Part shown: positions 38,410-47,811 of the stretch, piece by piece | Position numbering within the stretch: position 1 is the stretch's first letter | Layout: every line of letters starts with the position of its first letter | DNA from: Alphaproteobacteria bacterium | Lineage (GTDB): Bacteria; Pseudomonadota; Alphaproteobacteria; SP197 | Assembly: GCA_964291265.2 (NCBI GenBank) | Contig: OZ219746.1 | Span: forward strand, 9,578-73,577 | Direction of reading: 5' to 3' | Length of the DNA stretch: 64,000 bases | The notes under the pieces: generated by a model | What the model saw: the letters and a program-made list of their open reading frames with translations, nothing else | What the model was told of the DNA's origin: nothing | Database searches by the model: none | Translations under genes and position numbers: made by a program

Positions 38410-39312
38410 ATGAAACGCCTGCCCACGATGAAGCAGCTCCAGTATCTGGTGGCGCTGGCCGATACCCGGCACTTCGGCCGCGCGGCAAGACGCTGCCACA
38501 TCACCCAGTCGACGCTCAGCGCGGGTATTCGTGACCTGGAGTCGGTGCTCGGCACCGCAGTCGCCGAGCGTTCCAATCGGCGGATGCTGATGACTCGGGT
38601 TGGCGCCGAGGTCGCCGAGCGGGCGAAGGCCTTGTTGCGCGACGCCGAAGAAATCATGGAGGTGGCGAGGGCCGGGCGTTCCGCGATGACGGGCGAGATG
38701 CGCCTTGGGGTCATCCCGACGATCGGCCCCTTTCTCCTGCCGCGCGTTCTTCCGGGTCTGAGGGAGAGGTTCCCGGACCTGACACTCTACTTGAGGGAGG
38801 AACAGACGGCTCCGCTTCTCGCCCGGCTGGAAGACGGAGAGCTGGACGCTACCCTGATCGCGTTGCCCTACGAGACTCGAGACCTCGAAATCCGCATCAT
38901 CCTCGAGGATGAGTTCCTGTTCGCCTGCAACCGGGATCATGCGCTTGCCGGCGCCAGCGAAGTGGCCCTCGACGCGCTTGTCGGCGAACGCCTCCTGTTG
39001 CTGGAAGAAGGTCACTGCCTGCGCGGTCACGCGCTGATCGTCTGCGAGACAGGCGACACGGACGCGCGGGCGCAGTTCGAGGCCAGCAGCCTGCACACCC
39101 TGGTGCAGATGGCCGCGGCGGGAATCGGCGTCACCCTGGTGCCGCAACTCGCGGTCGATGCCCATATCACCCAGGGAACGGGTCTCTCGCTGTCGCGCCT
39201 TGCCATGCCCGCGTCGCGCCGGATCGGACTGGCCTGGCGCCGAAAGTCCCTGCGGGTGCAGGAGTTCTCGCTGCTGGCGGACGCGCTGCGCGAACTGGCG
39301 GATACCGCGTGA
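38410..39312 (+). CDS. oxyR: LysR-family hydrogen-peroxide-responsive regulator
   Basis: MKRLPTMKQLQYLVALADTRHFGRAARRCHITQSTLSAGIRDLE.. is a LysR HTH. ..LLLLEEGHCLRGHAL.. is the OxyR redox-Cys context. Divergent from katG. The start could alternatively be the M at 38428. Confidence 0.85.
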   Translation: MKRLPTMKQLQYLVALADTRHFGRAARRCHITQSTLSAGIRDLESVLGTAVAERSNRRMLMTRVGAEVAERAKALLRDAEEIMEVARAGRSAMTGEMRLGVIPTIGPFLLPRVLPGLRERFPDLTLYLREEQTAPLLARLEDGELDATLIALPYETRDLEIRIILEDEFLFACNRDHALAGASEVALDALVGERLLLLEEGHCLRGHALIVCETGDTDARAQFEASSLHTLVQMAAAGIGVTLVPQLAVDAHITQGTGLSLSRLAMPASRRIGLAWRRKSLRVQEFSLLADALRELADTA

Positions 39313-39629
39313 CGTCTCCCGCTCCGCATGACCTGGGGAGCCATGCGGCCGATCGCGTTAGGCGGAGACGAAGCCCGGCAACTTCCGGAGCGGGAACGTT
39401 GCCGCCTTGCCAAGCCCGTCGGATCGGTCATGATTCCCGTTCGCAGATGGAGGGGAAGGGATGATGCGGGTCCTGTCGGACGATAGGAGCGGGACGCTCA
39501 ACGATCCGGTGCCGATTGAATGGCGTTTCCCTGGACCGGGCGCCGGGATTCCGGCCGACTCCCCGCCTGTCGGACGCGATCTGTGTGGAATTGTCGCCGG
39601 ACAGGCCGCATCCGGGTCGGGAGGCGGCC

Positions 39630-41705
39630 ATGTCTCGTGATCCCCGTTACGACATTCTCTTCGAACCCGTGCAAATCGGGCCCGTTACGGCGAGGAACCG
39701 CTTCTATCAGGTGCCCCACTGCAACGGCATGGGGCGCACCTTTCCGTCCAGCATGGCGGCAATGCGCGGCGTCAAGGCCGAGGGCGGCTGGGCCGTGGTC
39801 TCGACCGAACAGATCGACATCCACCCCTCGACCGACATCACCGGCGCAACCGAGGGGCGGCTGTGGTCGGATCAGGACATCCCCTACCTCGCACGCATGT
39901 GCGATGCCGTCCACGAACACGGCTCCCTCGCGCTGATCGAATTGACCCACAACGGCAAGTTCGCACCGGCGTCCTACAGCCGCGAGGTGCCGCTCTTTCC
40001 GTCCCACATGCCCGTGGTCGGCAACGCGCCGGTGCAGGCCCGCGCCATGGACAGGACCGACATCAGGAACTACCGGCGCTGGCATCTGGACGCCGTGAAG
40101 CGCGCCAGAAGGGCCGGTTTCGACATCGTCTGCTGCTATGCCGCCCACAACCTCTCGCTCGCCGGCCAGTTCATGCAGCCGCGTTACAACCGCCGCACCG
40201 ACGAGTACGGCGGCAGTCTGGAGAACCGTGTCCGCCTTTTCCGAGAAATCATCGAGGACGCCAAGGAGGCGGTTGGCGACACGATGGGCGTGGTGGCGCG
40301 CTTCGCCGTCGACGAAAGGCGCGGTGGCGAAGGCATGGAATTCGACAAGGAAGGGCGCGAGGTTGTCGAGATGCTGGCCGAACTGCCCGATCTCTGGGAC
40401 GTCAACGTGGCCGAGTGGGAGAACGACAGCATCACCAGCCGTTTCGCGGACGAGGGATTCCAGGAACCCTTCATCTCCTTCGTCAAGCAGGTCACCACCA
40501 GGCCCGTGGTGGCCGTCGGCCGCTACACCACGCCCGACCGCATGGTTTCGCTCGTGAAGAACGGCATGCTCGACATGATCGGTGCGGCCCGCCCGTCGAT
40601 CGCCGATCCCTTCATGCCGAAGAAGATCGAGGAGGGCAGGATCGAGGATCTCCGGGAGTGCATCGGCTGCAACATCTGCGTGGGCTGGGACCACATGCAG
40701 TCGCCCATGCGCTGCACCCAGAACCCGACCAAGGGCGAGGAGTGGCGCAAGGGCTGGCATCCGGAGCGCATCCCGCACAAGTCGGGAGACGACGAGGTGC
40801 TCGTCATCGGCGCGGGGCCCGCGGGTCTCGAGGCGGCGCTCGCGGCCGGCCAGCGCGGCTACGATGTCACGCTGGCCGAAGCGGAGGAGGAACTGGGCGG
40901 CCGTGTCTCCCGCGAAAGTCGCCTGCCGGGACTCTCCGCCTGGGGCCGGGTGCGCGACTACCGGGTGCACCAGATCCGGCAGTTGGCCAACGTCGAAGTC
41001 TATCCCGCCAGCCATCTGACGGCCGGACAGGTGCTCGAGTTCGGCGCTGACCGCATCGCTGTGGCGACCGGCGCACGCTGGCGCAGGGACGCCTTCGGCC
41101 GGACCCACCAGTTCCCGATTCCCGGCGTCGAGGAAGCGTGCGTGCTCACGCCCGACGACGTCATGTCAGGTGCGGCGCCCGAGGGCCCTGTCCTCGTCTA
41201 CGACGACGACCACTACTACATGGGCGGCGTGCTCGCCGAGAAGCTGCGCGGCGACGGGCTTGAGGTGACGCTGGCGACACCCGATCCCGTCGTGTCGTCG
41301 TGGACTACCCTGACCCTGGAGCAGCACCGCATTCAGGCGCGCCTGATCGAGCTTGGCGTCGGCATCGAGGTCAACGCCAGGCTCGCTTCCATCGGCGACG
41401 GCGTCGCGGCGCTTGCTTGCGTCTTCACCGGACGCCGCCGCGAGGTTGCTGCCGCGACGGTCTTGATGGTGACGTCACGCCTGCCCCATGATGCGCTCTA
41501 TCGCGAACTGGCCGGCGACCCGCAACGGCTGAGCGACGCCGGCATCGCCTCTCTCCAGCGCATCGGCGACTGTCACGGTCCCGCGACCATCGCTGCGGCT
41601 GTCTACGAGGGCCACCGCTTCGCCCGGGAACTGGGCGCGGAGCCCGGGGAAATCCCCTTCAAGCGGGAACTGACGGAACTGGCAGCGGAGTTCGCGCTAC
41701 CCTGA
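39630..41705 (+). CDS. Trimethylamine/dimethylamine dehydrogenase-family FMN/4Fe-4S/ADP-binding flavoprotein
   Basis: MSRDPRYDILFEPVQIGPVTARNRFYQVPHCNGMG.. closely parallels the TMADH N-terminus, including the Cys of VPHC. The Fe-S motif is CIGCNICVGW...MRCTQNP. The dinucleotide fold is VLVIGAGPAGLEAALAAGQRGYDVTLAE. Confidence 0.85.
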   Translation: MSRDPRYDILFEPVQIGPVTARNRFYQVPHCNGMGRTFPSSMAAMRGVKAEGGWAVVSTEQIDIHPSTDITGATEGRLWSDQDIPYLARMCDAVHEHGSLALIELTHNGKFAPASYSREVPLFPSHMPVVGNAPVQARAMDRTDIRNYRRWHLDAVKRARRAGFDIVCCYAAHNLSLAGQFMQPRYNRRTDEYGGSLENRVRLFREIIEDAKEAVGDTMGVVARFAVDERRGGEGMEFDKEGREVVEMLAELPDLWDVNVAEWENDSITSRFADEGFQEPFISFVKQVTTRPVVAVGRYTTPDRMVSLVKNGMLDMIGAARPSIADPFMPKKIEEGRIEDLRECIGCNICVGWDHMQSPMRCTQNPTKGEEWRKGWHPERIPHKSGDDEVLVIGAGPAGLEAALAAGQRGYDVTLAEAEEELGGRVSRESRLPGLSAWGRVRDYRVHQIRQLANVEVYPASHLTAGQVLEFGADRIAVATGARWRRDAFGRTHQFPIPGVEEACVLTPDDVMSGAAPEGPVLVYDDDHYYMGGVLAEKLRGDGLEVTLATPDPVVSSWTTLTLEQHRIQARLIELGVGIEVNARLASIGDGVAALACVFTGRRREVAAATVLMVTSRLPHDALYRELAGDPQRLSDAGIASLQRIGDCHGPATIAAAVYEGHRFARELGAEPGEIPFKRELTELAAEFALP

Positions 41706-41929
41706 ACCGAAATCTCGCGTCGGAACTGCGGTTCCAGACGCGGAAGGGCCGGACGCCGCCGCCAGGTTTCTCAATTGGTTCTCCTCCGGGGAGTGCCTGC
41801 CTCCTTGTCCGTGTTGACGACCTCGACAGGGTCGCGGCCCCTGTCGTCGATCTCGGACATCGTGTGGGCCTGCTCGAGGTTGGCGATGGCACAGGCCTCG
41901 ATCAGCCTTCGAAGTACTCGGGCACGATC

Positions 41930-42330
41930 CTGGCATCGTCGAGGTTGAAGGCGACCGCGCCGATGCTGCGCCGGCGTAAGGTCGAGCACCTCGCCGCGGC
42001 GGCAGCCGGTGAGGGCGAGCGGGCGGATGGCGGCGAGGCCTCTGGCCATCAGGCTTCGCTGGCGTCGCCAGCTGTCAGCGTGTCCGCGGCGATGAACCGG
42101 GCAACCTTCTTCGCCGGGTTCCTTGCGATACCGGGGCAGGGGTTTGAGCGGCGCTCGCGCAATGCCTCTTCCGTGGCGCGGAACATCATTGCACACAATG
42201 TCTCGAAGGACCGGTTGGCCGCGCCGGGCCTGTCCCTGCCCGCCGCATCGAACCACGTGTCCACCTTCTCGGGTTCGACCCGGTCCAGCAGGCATCCTGC
42301 CGAAGGCGGGGATCCTGTTGATGGCTGCAT
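41930..42330 (-). pseudogene. Tyrosine integrase relic (frameshifted, truncated before the catalytic C-terminal half)
   Basis: MQPSTG..VDTWFDAAGRDRPGAANRSFETLCAMMFRATEEALRERRSNPCPGIARNPAKKVARFI.. is in one frame. ..AAIRPLALTGCRRGEVLDLT (first catalytic Arg box) is in another. No R-H-R-Y C-terminal half follows. Confidence 0.7.
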
Positions 42331-42403
42331 AGAACGGCGGGATTTCGGCGATTTGCCGCGCTTTGTCAGGGTCGTGTTTCTTCCCTGTTGTCAGGTCCTA
42401 TTG
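42316..42403. repeat. 88-bp inverted repeat, copy B (perfect reverse complement of 7797..7884)
   Basis: See copy A. It covers the integrase relic's first 5 codons plus 73 bp upstream, and includes two TGTCAGG motifs. Confidence 0.95.
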
Positions 42404-42739
42404 TCACGTCCTGTTGTCGTGGTTTGAGTGTTCGGCTGGTTGTCTCCCCGAGCGCCGCCGTCTTTTCCTATTGTCGTTTTGGTCCGGTTCGGGTTCCGTC
42501 GACCTCTGCTTCGGTCTTGGTGACGGTTGCCGGGAGGGTTCCGGTTCCGAGGCACTCGCGGGATTGTTTGTCTTCCCTGTGGGCGGGTCGCGTTGTCCGG
42601 TCCCGGGGCGGCGTCTTTGCCGCCGCCCCGGGTGGATGCTAGATCGGCATCAAGAGAAAGAGCGATGCGATGCCGGGCGGAGTTGTGACGCCCCCCGGCG
42701 CAGCACCCGGACGAGCCGGTCACGGGGGACCGAACTCCC

Positions 42740-43270
42740 GTGTATTGTCGAGCCATTTTGCGTCCGGGTCCACCCCCGCTCTCGAGACGGACGGTGTGCA
42801 CGACAGGACGACTGTTCAACTGCAGGCGGTGTCAGCGGCAGGTTGTTCTCTGCCGGTCGTGTGACCGGGGGCATGTGTATTGCTCCAAGGAGTGCAGGGA
42901 GCGGTCCCGGATCGAGCGGCGCCGCGCGTCGCGTCGTCGCTACCAGAGCACGCTGAAGGGCCGTGAGACGGGCCGTCACCGCCAGCGGCGTTACCGGCTC
43001 CGCAAGGCGGAGGAGGCGCGTGCGTTGAAGGCCAGGGCGGCGATGGTTGCCGAGATCATGGGCACGCAGACGTCTGCTGTGGTGCTGCTTGGCGACGTTC
43101 CGGCGGTGTCTGGAGACGCCGGTTCTGAAGAAATCGTTACGGACCACCCTTCCCGACTGCTGCCGACCTCCCTACCTGCGGTTGTGAAGGCGCAAGAGCG
43201 ACGCGAATCGCCGCTTCGGTGCGCCCGGTGCGGACGGGTCGTGACGCATGTGGTGCTGAGGGACCTGTGA
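42740..43270 (+). CDS. Cys-rich, Arg-rich hypothetical protein (putative zinc ribbon) upstream of istA
   Basis: ..CTTGRLFNCRRCQRQVVLCRSCDRGHVYCSKECRERSR.. contains CxxC-type pairs, and a second pair occurs near the C-terminus (CARCGR). Coding status is not proven. Confidence 0.4.
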   Translation: MYCRAILRPGPPPLSRRTVCTTGRLFNCRRCQRQVVLCRSCDRGHVYCSKECRERSRIERRRASRRRYQSTLKGRETGRHRQRRYRLRKAEEARALKARAAMVAEIMGTQTSAVVLLGDVPAVSGDAGSEEIVTDHPSRLLPTSLPAVVKAQERRESPLRCARCGRVVTHVVLRDL

Positions 43271-43302
43271 TGCGGCGTTGAGGAACCAAAGGGAGGGAGT
43301 TC

Positions 43303-44796
43303 ATGGCGATCGACGAGGACACGCGGGCGACGATCGTGCGGCTGTCGCGGGCCGAGGGCTGGGCTGTGGGGACGATTGCCCGGCATCTCGGCGTGCACCA
43401 CGGCACGGTGACGCGGGCGCTCAAGGCGTCGGGGCAGGAGCGGCGGCCGCGGGCCAAGCTCATCGACCCCTTCGTTGCCTTCCTCGGGGAGCGTCTTGAG
43501 GCGTCGCCGGACCTTCCGGCCAGCACGCTCTGGCGACAGGTCGTGGCTCTGGGCTACCGCGGCGGCGAGGATCACTTCCGTCACGACCTGCGCCGCCTCG
43601 GGCTGAGGCCGGTGAAGAGGCCCGAGCCGTCGCTGCGGCTGAGCTTCCTTCCGGGCGAGCAGGCGCAGGTTGACTGGGCCGAGTTCGGGAAGGTCCGCAT
43701 CGGCCGGGCGGAGCGCAGGCTCATGGGGCTTCTCGTCACCCTCAGCTACTCGCGCCAGACTGTCCTGAGCCTGTTCCACGACGCGCGGATGGCCAGCTTC
43801 CTGCAAGGCCATGTCGAGGCTTTCGCGGCATTCGGGGGTGTGCCGCGGAGGCTTCTGTACGACAACCTGAAGAGTGCCGTGGTGACGCGCCGCGGCAAGG
43901 CGGTCACCTATCATCCGATGCTGCTCGGCCTTGCGGCCCACTATGCCTTCGAACCGAGCGCCGCCTGGCCCAGGAGCCCGCAGGAGAAGGGCCGCGTGGA
44001 ACGCCGTGTGCGCTTCGCGCGCACCGGGTTCTTCGCCGGGCGCGACATCACGGTCCCGCTCGGCGAGCTCAACGCCGCAGTTCGGGAGTGGTGCTTCGGC
44101 GCCGCCGCGGAGCGGCCCTGGCCGGACGACGACAGTCTCCTGGTGCGGGACGCCTTCGCCCGGGAGAGGGAGCACCTGATCGTCCTTCCCGTCGACCCCT
44201 TCCCGCATCACGAGGTCCGCCCGGTGCGCATCGACAAGACCTGCCACGCCCGCTTCGACACCAACGACTACAGCGTTCCGGGTAGCTTCTCCAAGGCCCT
44301 GCTGACGCTGGTCGCCGACCGCGACGAGGTTCGCATCCTCGACGGCGCCGACGAGGTCGCGCGCCACCGACGCTCCTACGACAGGAAGCAGGCCGTCACC
44401 GATCCGGAGCATGCCAGGGCGATCGCCGCGGGCAAGCGGCGGGCCCGCTCCATGAGCGTCCGCGACCGGGTCCTGCGCACCGTGCCGCGGGCCGAGGAGA
44501 TGCTGGCGCGCGCCGGGACCAACGGGCGCAACGTGGCCTCCTGCGCCCGGATGCTGGAGACGCTTCTCAACGCGCACGGCGCCGACGCTCTCGACCGGGC
44601 TGTCGCCACGGCGCTGGAGCGCGGCTCGTGCCACCCCGAAACCGTGCGCGTCATCATCGAGGAGCGCCGCCGGGAGCAGGGCCTGCCGCCCCTCAGCATC
44701 GCCGACGACGGCCGCGGCGGCCGTGGCACGACGCCGCGGGGGACCGCTCTCGACGCCTACGACAGGCCCGAAGCCAGCGCCAGGAACAAGACATGA
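43303..44796 (+). CDS. istA: IS21-family transposase IstA
   Basis: N-terminal HTH IVRLSRAEGWAVGTIARHLGVHHGTVTRAL. DDE region ..GEQAQVDWAEFG...LLYDNLKSAVV.... 497 aa. Its stop overlaps the istB start (ATGA). Confidence 0.9.
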   Translation: MAIDEDTRATIVRLSRAEGWAVGTIARHLGVHHGTVTRALKASGQERRPRAKLIDPFVAFLGERLEASPDLPASTLWRQVVALGYRGGEDHFRHDLRRLGLRPVKRPEPSLRLSFLPGEQAQVDWAEFGKVRIGRAERRLMGLLVTLSYSRQTVLSLFHDARMASFLQGHVEAFAAFGGVPRRLLYDNLKSAVVTRRGKAVTYHPMLLGLAAHYAFEPSAAWPRSPQEKGRVERRVRFARTGFFAGRDITVPLGELNAAVREWCFGAAAERPWPDDDSLLVRDAFAREREHLIVLPVDPFPHHEVRPVRIDKTCHARFDTNDYSVPGSFSKALLTLVADRDEVRILDGADEVARHRRSYDRKQAVTDPEHARAIAAGKRRARSMSVRDRVLRTVPRAEEMLARAGTNGRNVASCARMLETLLNAHGADALDRAVATALERGSCHPETVRVIIEERRREQGLPPLSIADDGRGGRGTTPRGTALDAYDRPEASARNKT

Positions 44797-45494
44797 GCGA
44801 GCTCAGGGAGCGTGCCCGGGCGCTCGGCCTCCACGGGCTCGTCGAACGCTGGGACGAGGTCGCCGGGACCGCATGGATCGAGGAGGTGGTCAGCGGCGAG
44901 GAACAGGCCCGCAGGGCCCGCAGCCACGAGCGCCGCCGCGCCGCGGCGCGGCTGCCCGCCTTCAAGCCCCTGGCGGACTTCGACTGGACATGGCCGCGCG
45001 ACATCAGCCGGGCTCATGTCGAAGCGCTCCTCGGCCTCGGCTTCGTCGACCGTGCGGACAACGCCGTGCTCGTCGGCGGGCAGGGCACCGGAAAGACCAT
45101 GATCGCCGCCAACGTGGCTCACCAGGCCCTGCTGCACGGCCACACCGTCCGCTTCGAGAAGGCGCCGGAACTGCTCGAGGCACTCGCCGAGACCGTCTCG
45201 CGCAGCGAGCTGCGCCGCCGCCTCGCGATCCTCGCCAGGCCCCGCCTGCTCGTCCTCGACGAAATCGGCTACGTGACCCTCGAAAGCCACCATGCCGACA
45301 TCCTCTACGCCATCGTCTCGCGGCGCTATCAGCGCCGCTCGACCATGGTCACGACAAGCCTCGCCTTCGCCCAGTGGGACCGCGTCTTCCCCAGCGCCTC
45401 CGGCATCGCCGGCACCGTCGACCGGCTCATGCACGACGCAACCCTCATCTCCATCGACAGCGACTCCTGGCGGCTCAGGCGTGAAACCCGATAA
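44793..45494 (+). CDS. istB: IS21-family helper ATPase IstB
   Basis: ..FDWTWPRDISRAHVEALLGLGFVDRADNAVLVGGQGTGKTMIAANVA.. (Walker A), ..LLVLDEIGYV.. (Walker B), ..STMVTTSLAFAQW... Confidence 0.9.
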   Translation: MSELRERARALGLHGLVERWDEVAGTAWIEEVVSGEEQARRARSHERRRAAARLPAFKPLADFDWTWPRDISRAHVEALLGLGFVDRADNAVLVGGQGTGKTMIAANVAHQALLHGHTVRFEKAPELLEALAETVSRSELRRRLAILARPRLLVLDEIGYVTLESHHADILYAIVSRRYQRRSTMVTTSLAFAQWDRVFPSASGIAGTVDRLMHDATLISIDSDSWRLRRETR

Positions 45495-45528
45495 ACCCCG
45501 CCGCGTCGACTTCGACGCCGTCAAGCGC

Positions 45529-46374
45529 ATGCCGTTCGAACGCATCGCCGCCGACTGGGGATACGTCCGCGACGAACAGGCCTCGACACGCGCCAACCCC
45601 GTCCTGTGCGCACCCGGCCTGCCGAAGCTCGTCACGAAGTGCCTCAACAACGGACACTGGGTCTACTTCAACACCCAGAACGATGAAGACAACGGAACCG
45701 TCATCGACTTCATGCTCAACCGCGGACTGGCCTTCGCCGACATCTGCACCCGCTTCGCAGCACCCGACGCCGCGCCACGCGACTTCCGCAGCCTCTGGGC
45801 CGCGGCAACGCCCGATGCGGCCCCGGACTGGCTCACCGGGCGCGGCATCCTCCCGGAGACCCTCGACACCTGCCGCCCCCTGGTCCGCCGCGACCACAAC
45901 GGACGCGTCCTCTTCGCCCATCGCAACAGGAAGCGAAAGCTCACCGGCTTCGAGATCGGTCCCCCCGACGGACCGAAACGCTTCGCCACCGGTGGAACCC
46001 GAAGCCTGTTCGCCGTCCGCGCCGGAACCGCCGCGGACCTCGAGGCCCTCGTCATCACCGAAAGCGCCGTCGACGCCCTCAGCCTGGCCCAGATCGACCA
46101 ATGTCCCCCCAGCCACGCCTTCCTCTCCACCGCCGGGGCACCCTCGCGAAGACAGCACGAACAGATCAGCCTCGCCGCAAGCAGCCTGCCCAACGTCAGG
46201 ACCATCGTCCTCGCCCAGGACCACGACGAGGCCGGAGAGCGACAGGCCGAAACCCTGCGCAAAAAGATGAAGCTCCCCTCCCACGTCTCGTTCCACAGAC
46301 GCAGACCGCCGGAAAACGCCGACTGGAACGACGTCGTCAACGCCAGGACCAAAGAACCACAAGCGAGATCATGA
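45529..46374 (+). CDS. Toprim-domain protein (DUF3991/TraC-primase-like), plasmid/ICE-type; N-terminus uncertain and possibly clipped by the IS21
   Basis: ..LVITESAVDALSLAQI.. and ..IVLAQDHDEAGERQAE.. match the Toprim E and DxD motifs. The frame is open from inside istB, with an alternative GTG start at 45481. Confidence 0.65.
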   Translation: MPFERIAADWGYVRDEQASTRANPVLCAPGLPKLVTKCLNNGHWVYFNTQNDEDNGTVIDFMLNRGLAFADICTRFAAPDAAPRDFRSLWAAATPDAAPDWLTGRGILPETLDTCRPLVRRDHNGRVLFAHRNRKRKLTGFEIGPPDGPKRFATGGTRSLFAVRAGTAADLEALVITESAVDALSLAQIDQCPPSHAFLSTAGAPSRRQHEQISLAASSLPNVRTIVLAQDHDEAGERQAETLRKKMKLPSHVSFHRRRPPENADWNDVVNARTKEPQARS

Positions 46375-46691
46375 CCACGTCCGTCACAAGGAGACCACTC
46401 ATGCCCCTCACGCCCGCCGAAAAGCAGCGGCGATACCGGGAACGGCGCAAGGCCGGCATCCCTCCCGTCCACACCCCAAAGCATCGTGACCGGCGCTCGC
46501 GACCGCAACGCTGGAACGACGCCGTGGCCGAACTGCGCGCCCTGCAGGACGAATGGCGTGACCGCCTCGACAGCATCCCCGAAAGCCTCCGTGACACGCC
46601 TTACGGAGAACGCCTGCAGAGCGTCGCCGATGCCGACATCGAGGCCCTCGAGGACATCGAACCGCCACGCGGCTACGGAAGGGATACGTGA
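46371..46691 (+). CDS. Hypothetical protein (106 aa), translationally coupled to the Toprim gene
   Basis: ATGA overlap with the upstream stop. ..LTPAEKQRRYRERRKAG.. is a basic N-terminus. Its 3' 150 bp are duplicated downstream. Confidence 0.45.
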   Translation: MTTSVTRRPLMPLTPAEKQRRYRERRKAGIPPVHTPKHRDRRSRPQRWNDAVAELRALQDEWRDRLDSIPESLRDTPYGERLQSVADADIEALEDIEPPRGYGRDT

Positions 46692-47250
46692 TCCCGCAAG
46701 ACCCTTGAACGCGGTCACGCGTTACCATCCAGGAATGAGAACGTCTCACCCCGACGCGCTTCTCAGCCTCCCCGGGGAAACCCCCGGGCCGTCCAAACGA
46801 CACCGCATCACGAGACTGCCGCAGCCGCTGGCCGGACTGGCTTACAGGTCGCAGCATCCGCCCGAAAACACTCGACGCCTGCCGCACCCTGCAGGACGAA
46901 TGGCGTGACCGCCTCGACAGCATCCCCGAAAGCCTCCGTGACACGCCTTACGGAGAACGCCTGCAGAGCGTCGCCGATGCCGACATCGAGGCCCTCGAGG
47001 ACATCGAACCGCCACGCGGCTACGGAAGGGATACGTGATCCCGCAAGACCCTTGAACGCGGTCACGCGTTACCATCCAGGAATGAGAACGTCTCACCCCG
47101 ACGCGCCTCTCAGCCTCCCCGGGAAACACCCGGGCCGTCCAAACGACACCGCATCACGAGACTGCCGCAGCCGCTGAGCCGCAGCAACGCCCGATCCGCC
47201 GCCGGACTGGCTCACAGGTCGCAGCATCCGCCCGAAAACACTCGACGCCT
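46541..47250. repeat. Tandem duplication, two units of about 347-365 bp
   Basis: 46541..46887 and 46888..approx 47250 align nearly base for base (cctgcaggacgaatggcgtgaccgcctcgacagc...cactcgacgcctgccgcac). Unit 2 carries an extra approx 25-bp insertion. Confidence 0.85.
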
Positions 47251-47480
47251 GCCGCACCCTGCGCCGCCGCAACCGCAACGCACGCAGCCTCTTCGCCCAG
47301 CGCAACAGAAACCGTCAGCTCTCCAGCCTCGAGATCGTCCCGCCCGACGAACCACGACGAGGACGGAGAACGCCAGAACGAAACCACGCGCAAAAGCCTG
47401 AAGCTCCCCTCCCACATCACGTTCCACAAACGCCGAACGCCAGAAAACGCCGACCGGAACGACATCGTCAACGTCAATGC
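47160..47480 (+). pseudogene. Degenerate, internally deleted paralogue of the Toprim gene
   Basis: About 75% similarity by eye to 45800..45970 (..ccggactggctcac.ggtcgc.gcatcc.cccg.a.a.cctcgac.cctgccgc.ccctg..) and to 46230..46350 (..ctgaagctcccctcccac.tc.cgttccaca.acgc..gaaaacgccgac.ggaacgac.tcgtcaacg.c). No intact ORF. Confidence 0.6.
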
Positions 47481-47811
47481 AAGACCAATGGGATCCAACA
47501 ATAGGCAGAAAACAAAGACCGGGCGGACCTTCGTCCAATGCCGCACGTTCTCCTGTCGTGGTCACCCACTCACACGATCAGCGCCCAAAAGAGCGGTTCT
47601 CCGCCAATATCCCGCCGTTCTAAATCGCCGCCGACAGATCCTCGGCCCTGAGCCAGAGGCGCATGGTAAGCGCCCGGAGGGCTTCCGGTGCGGTTCGCTT
47701 ACGCTGCAGATGTGCGTGTCCGCCGGAGCGCCTCAGGACATTCTGCCGGACGCCTTTGCCCTGCCAGGTCAACCCGGGTTAGCCTCTCCCGGGTCCGGAA
47801 GGGAAGATGTC

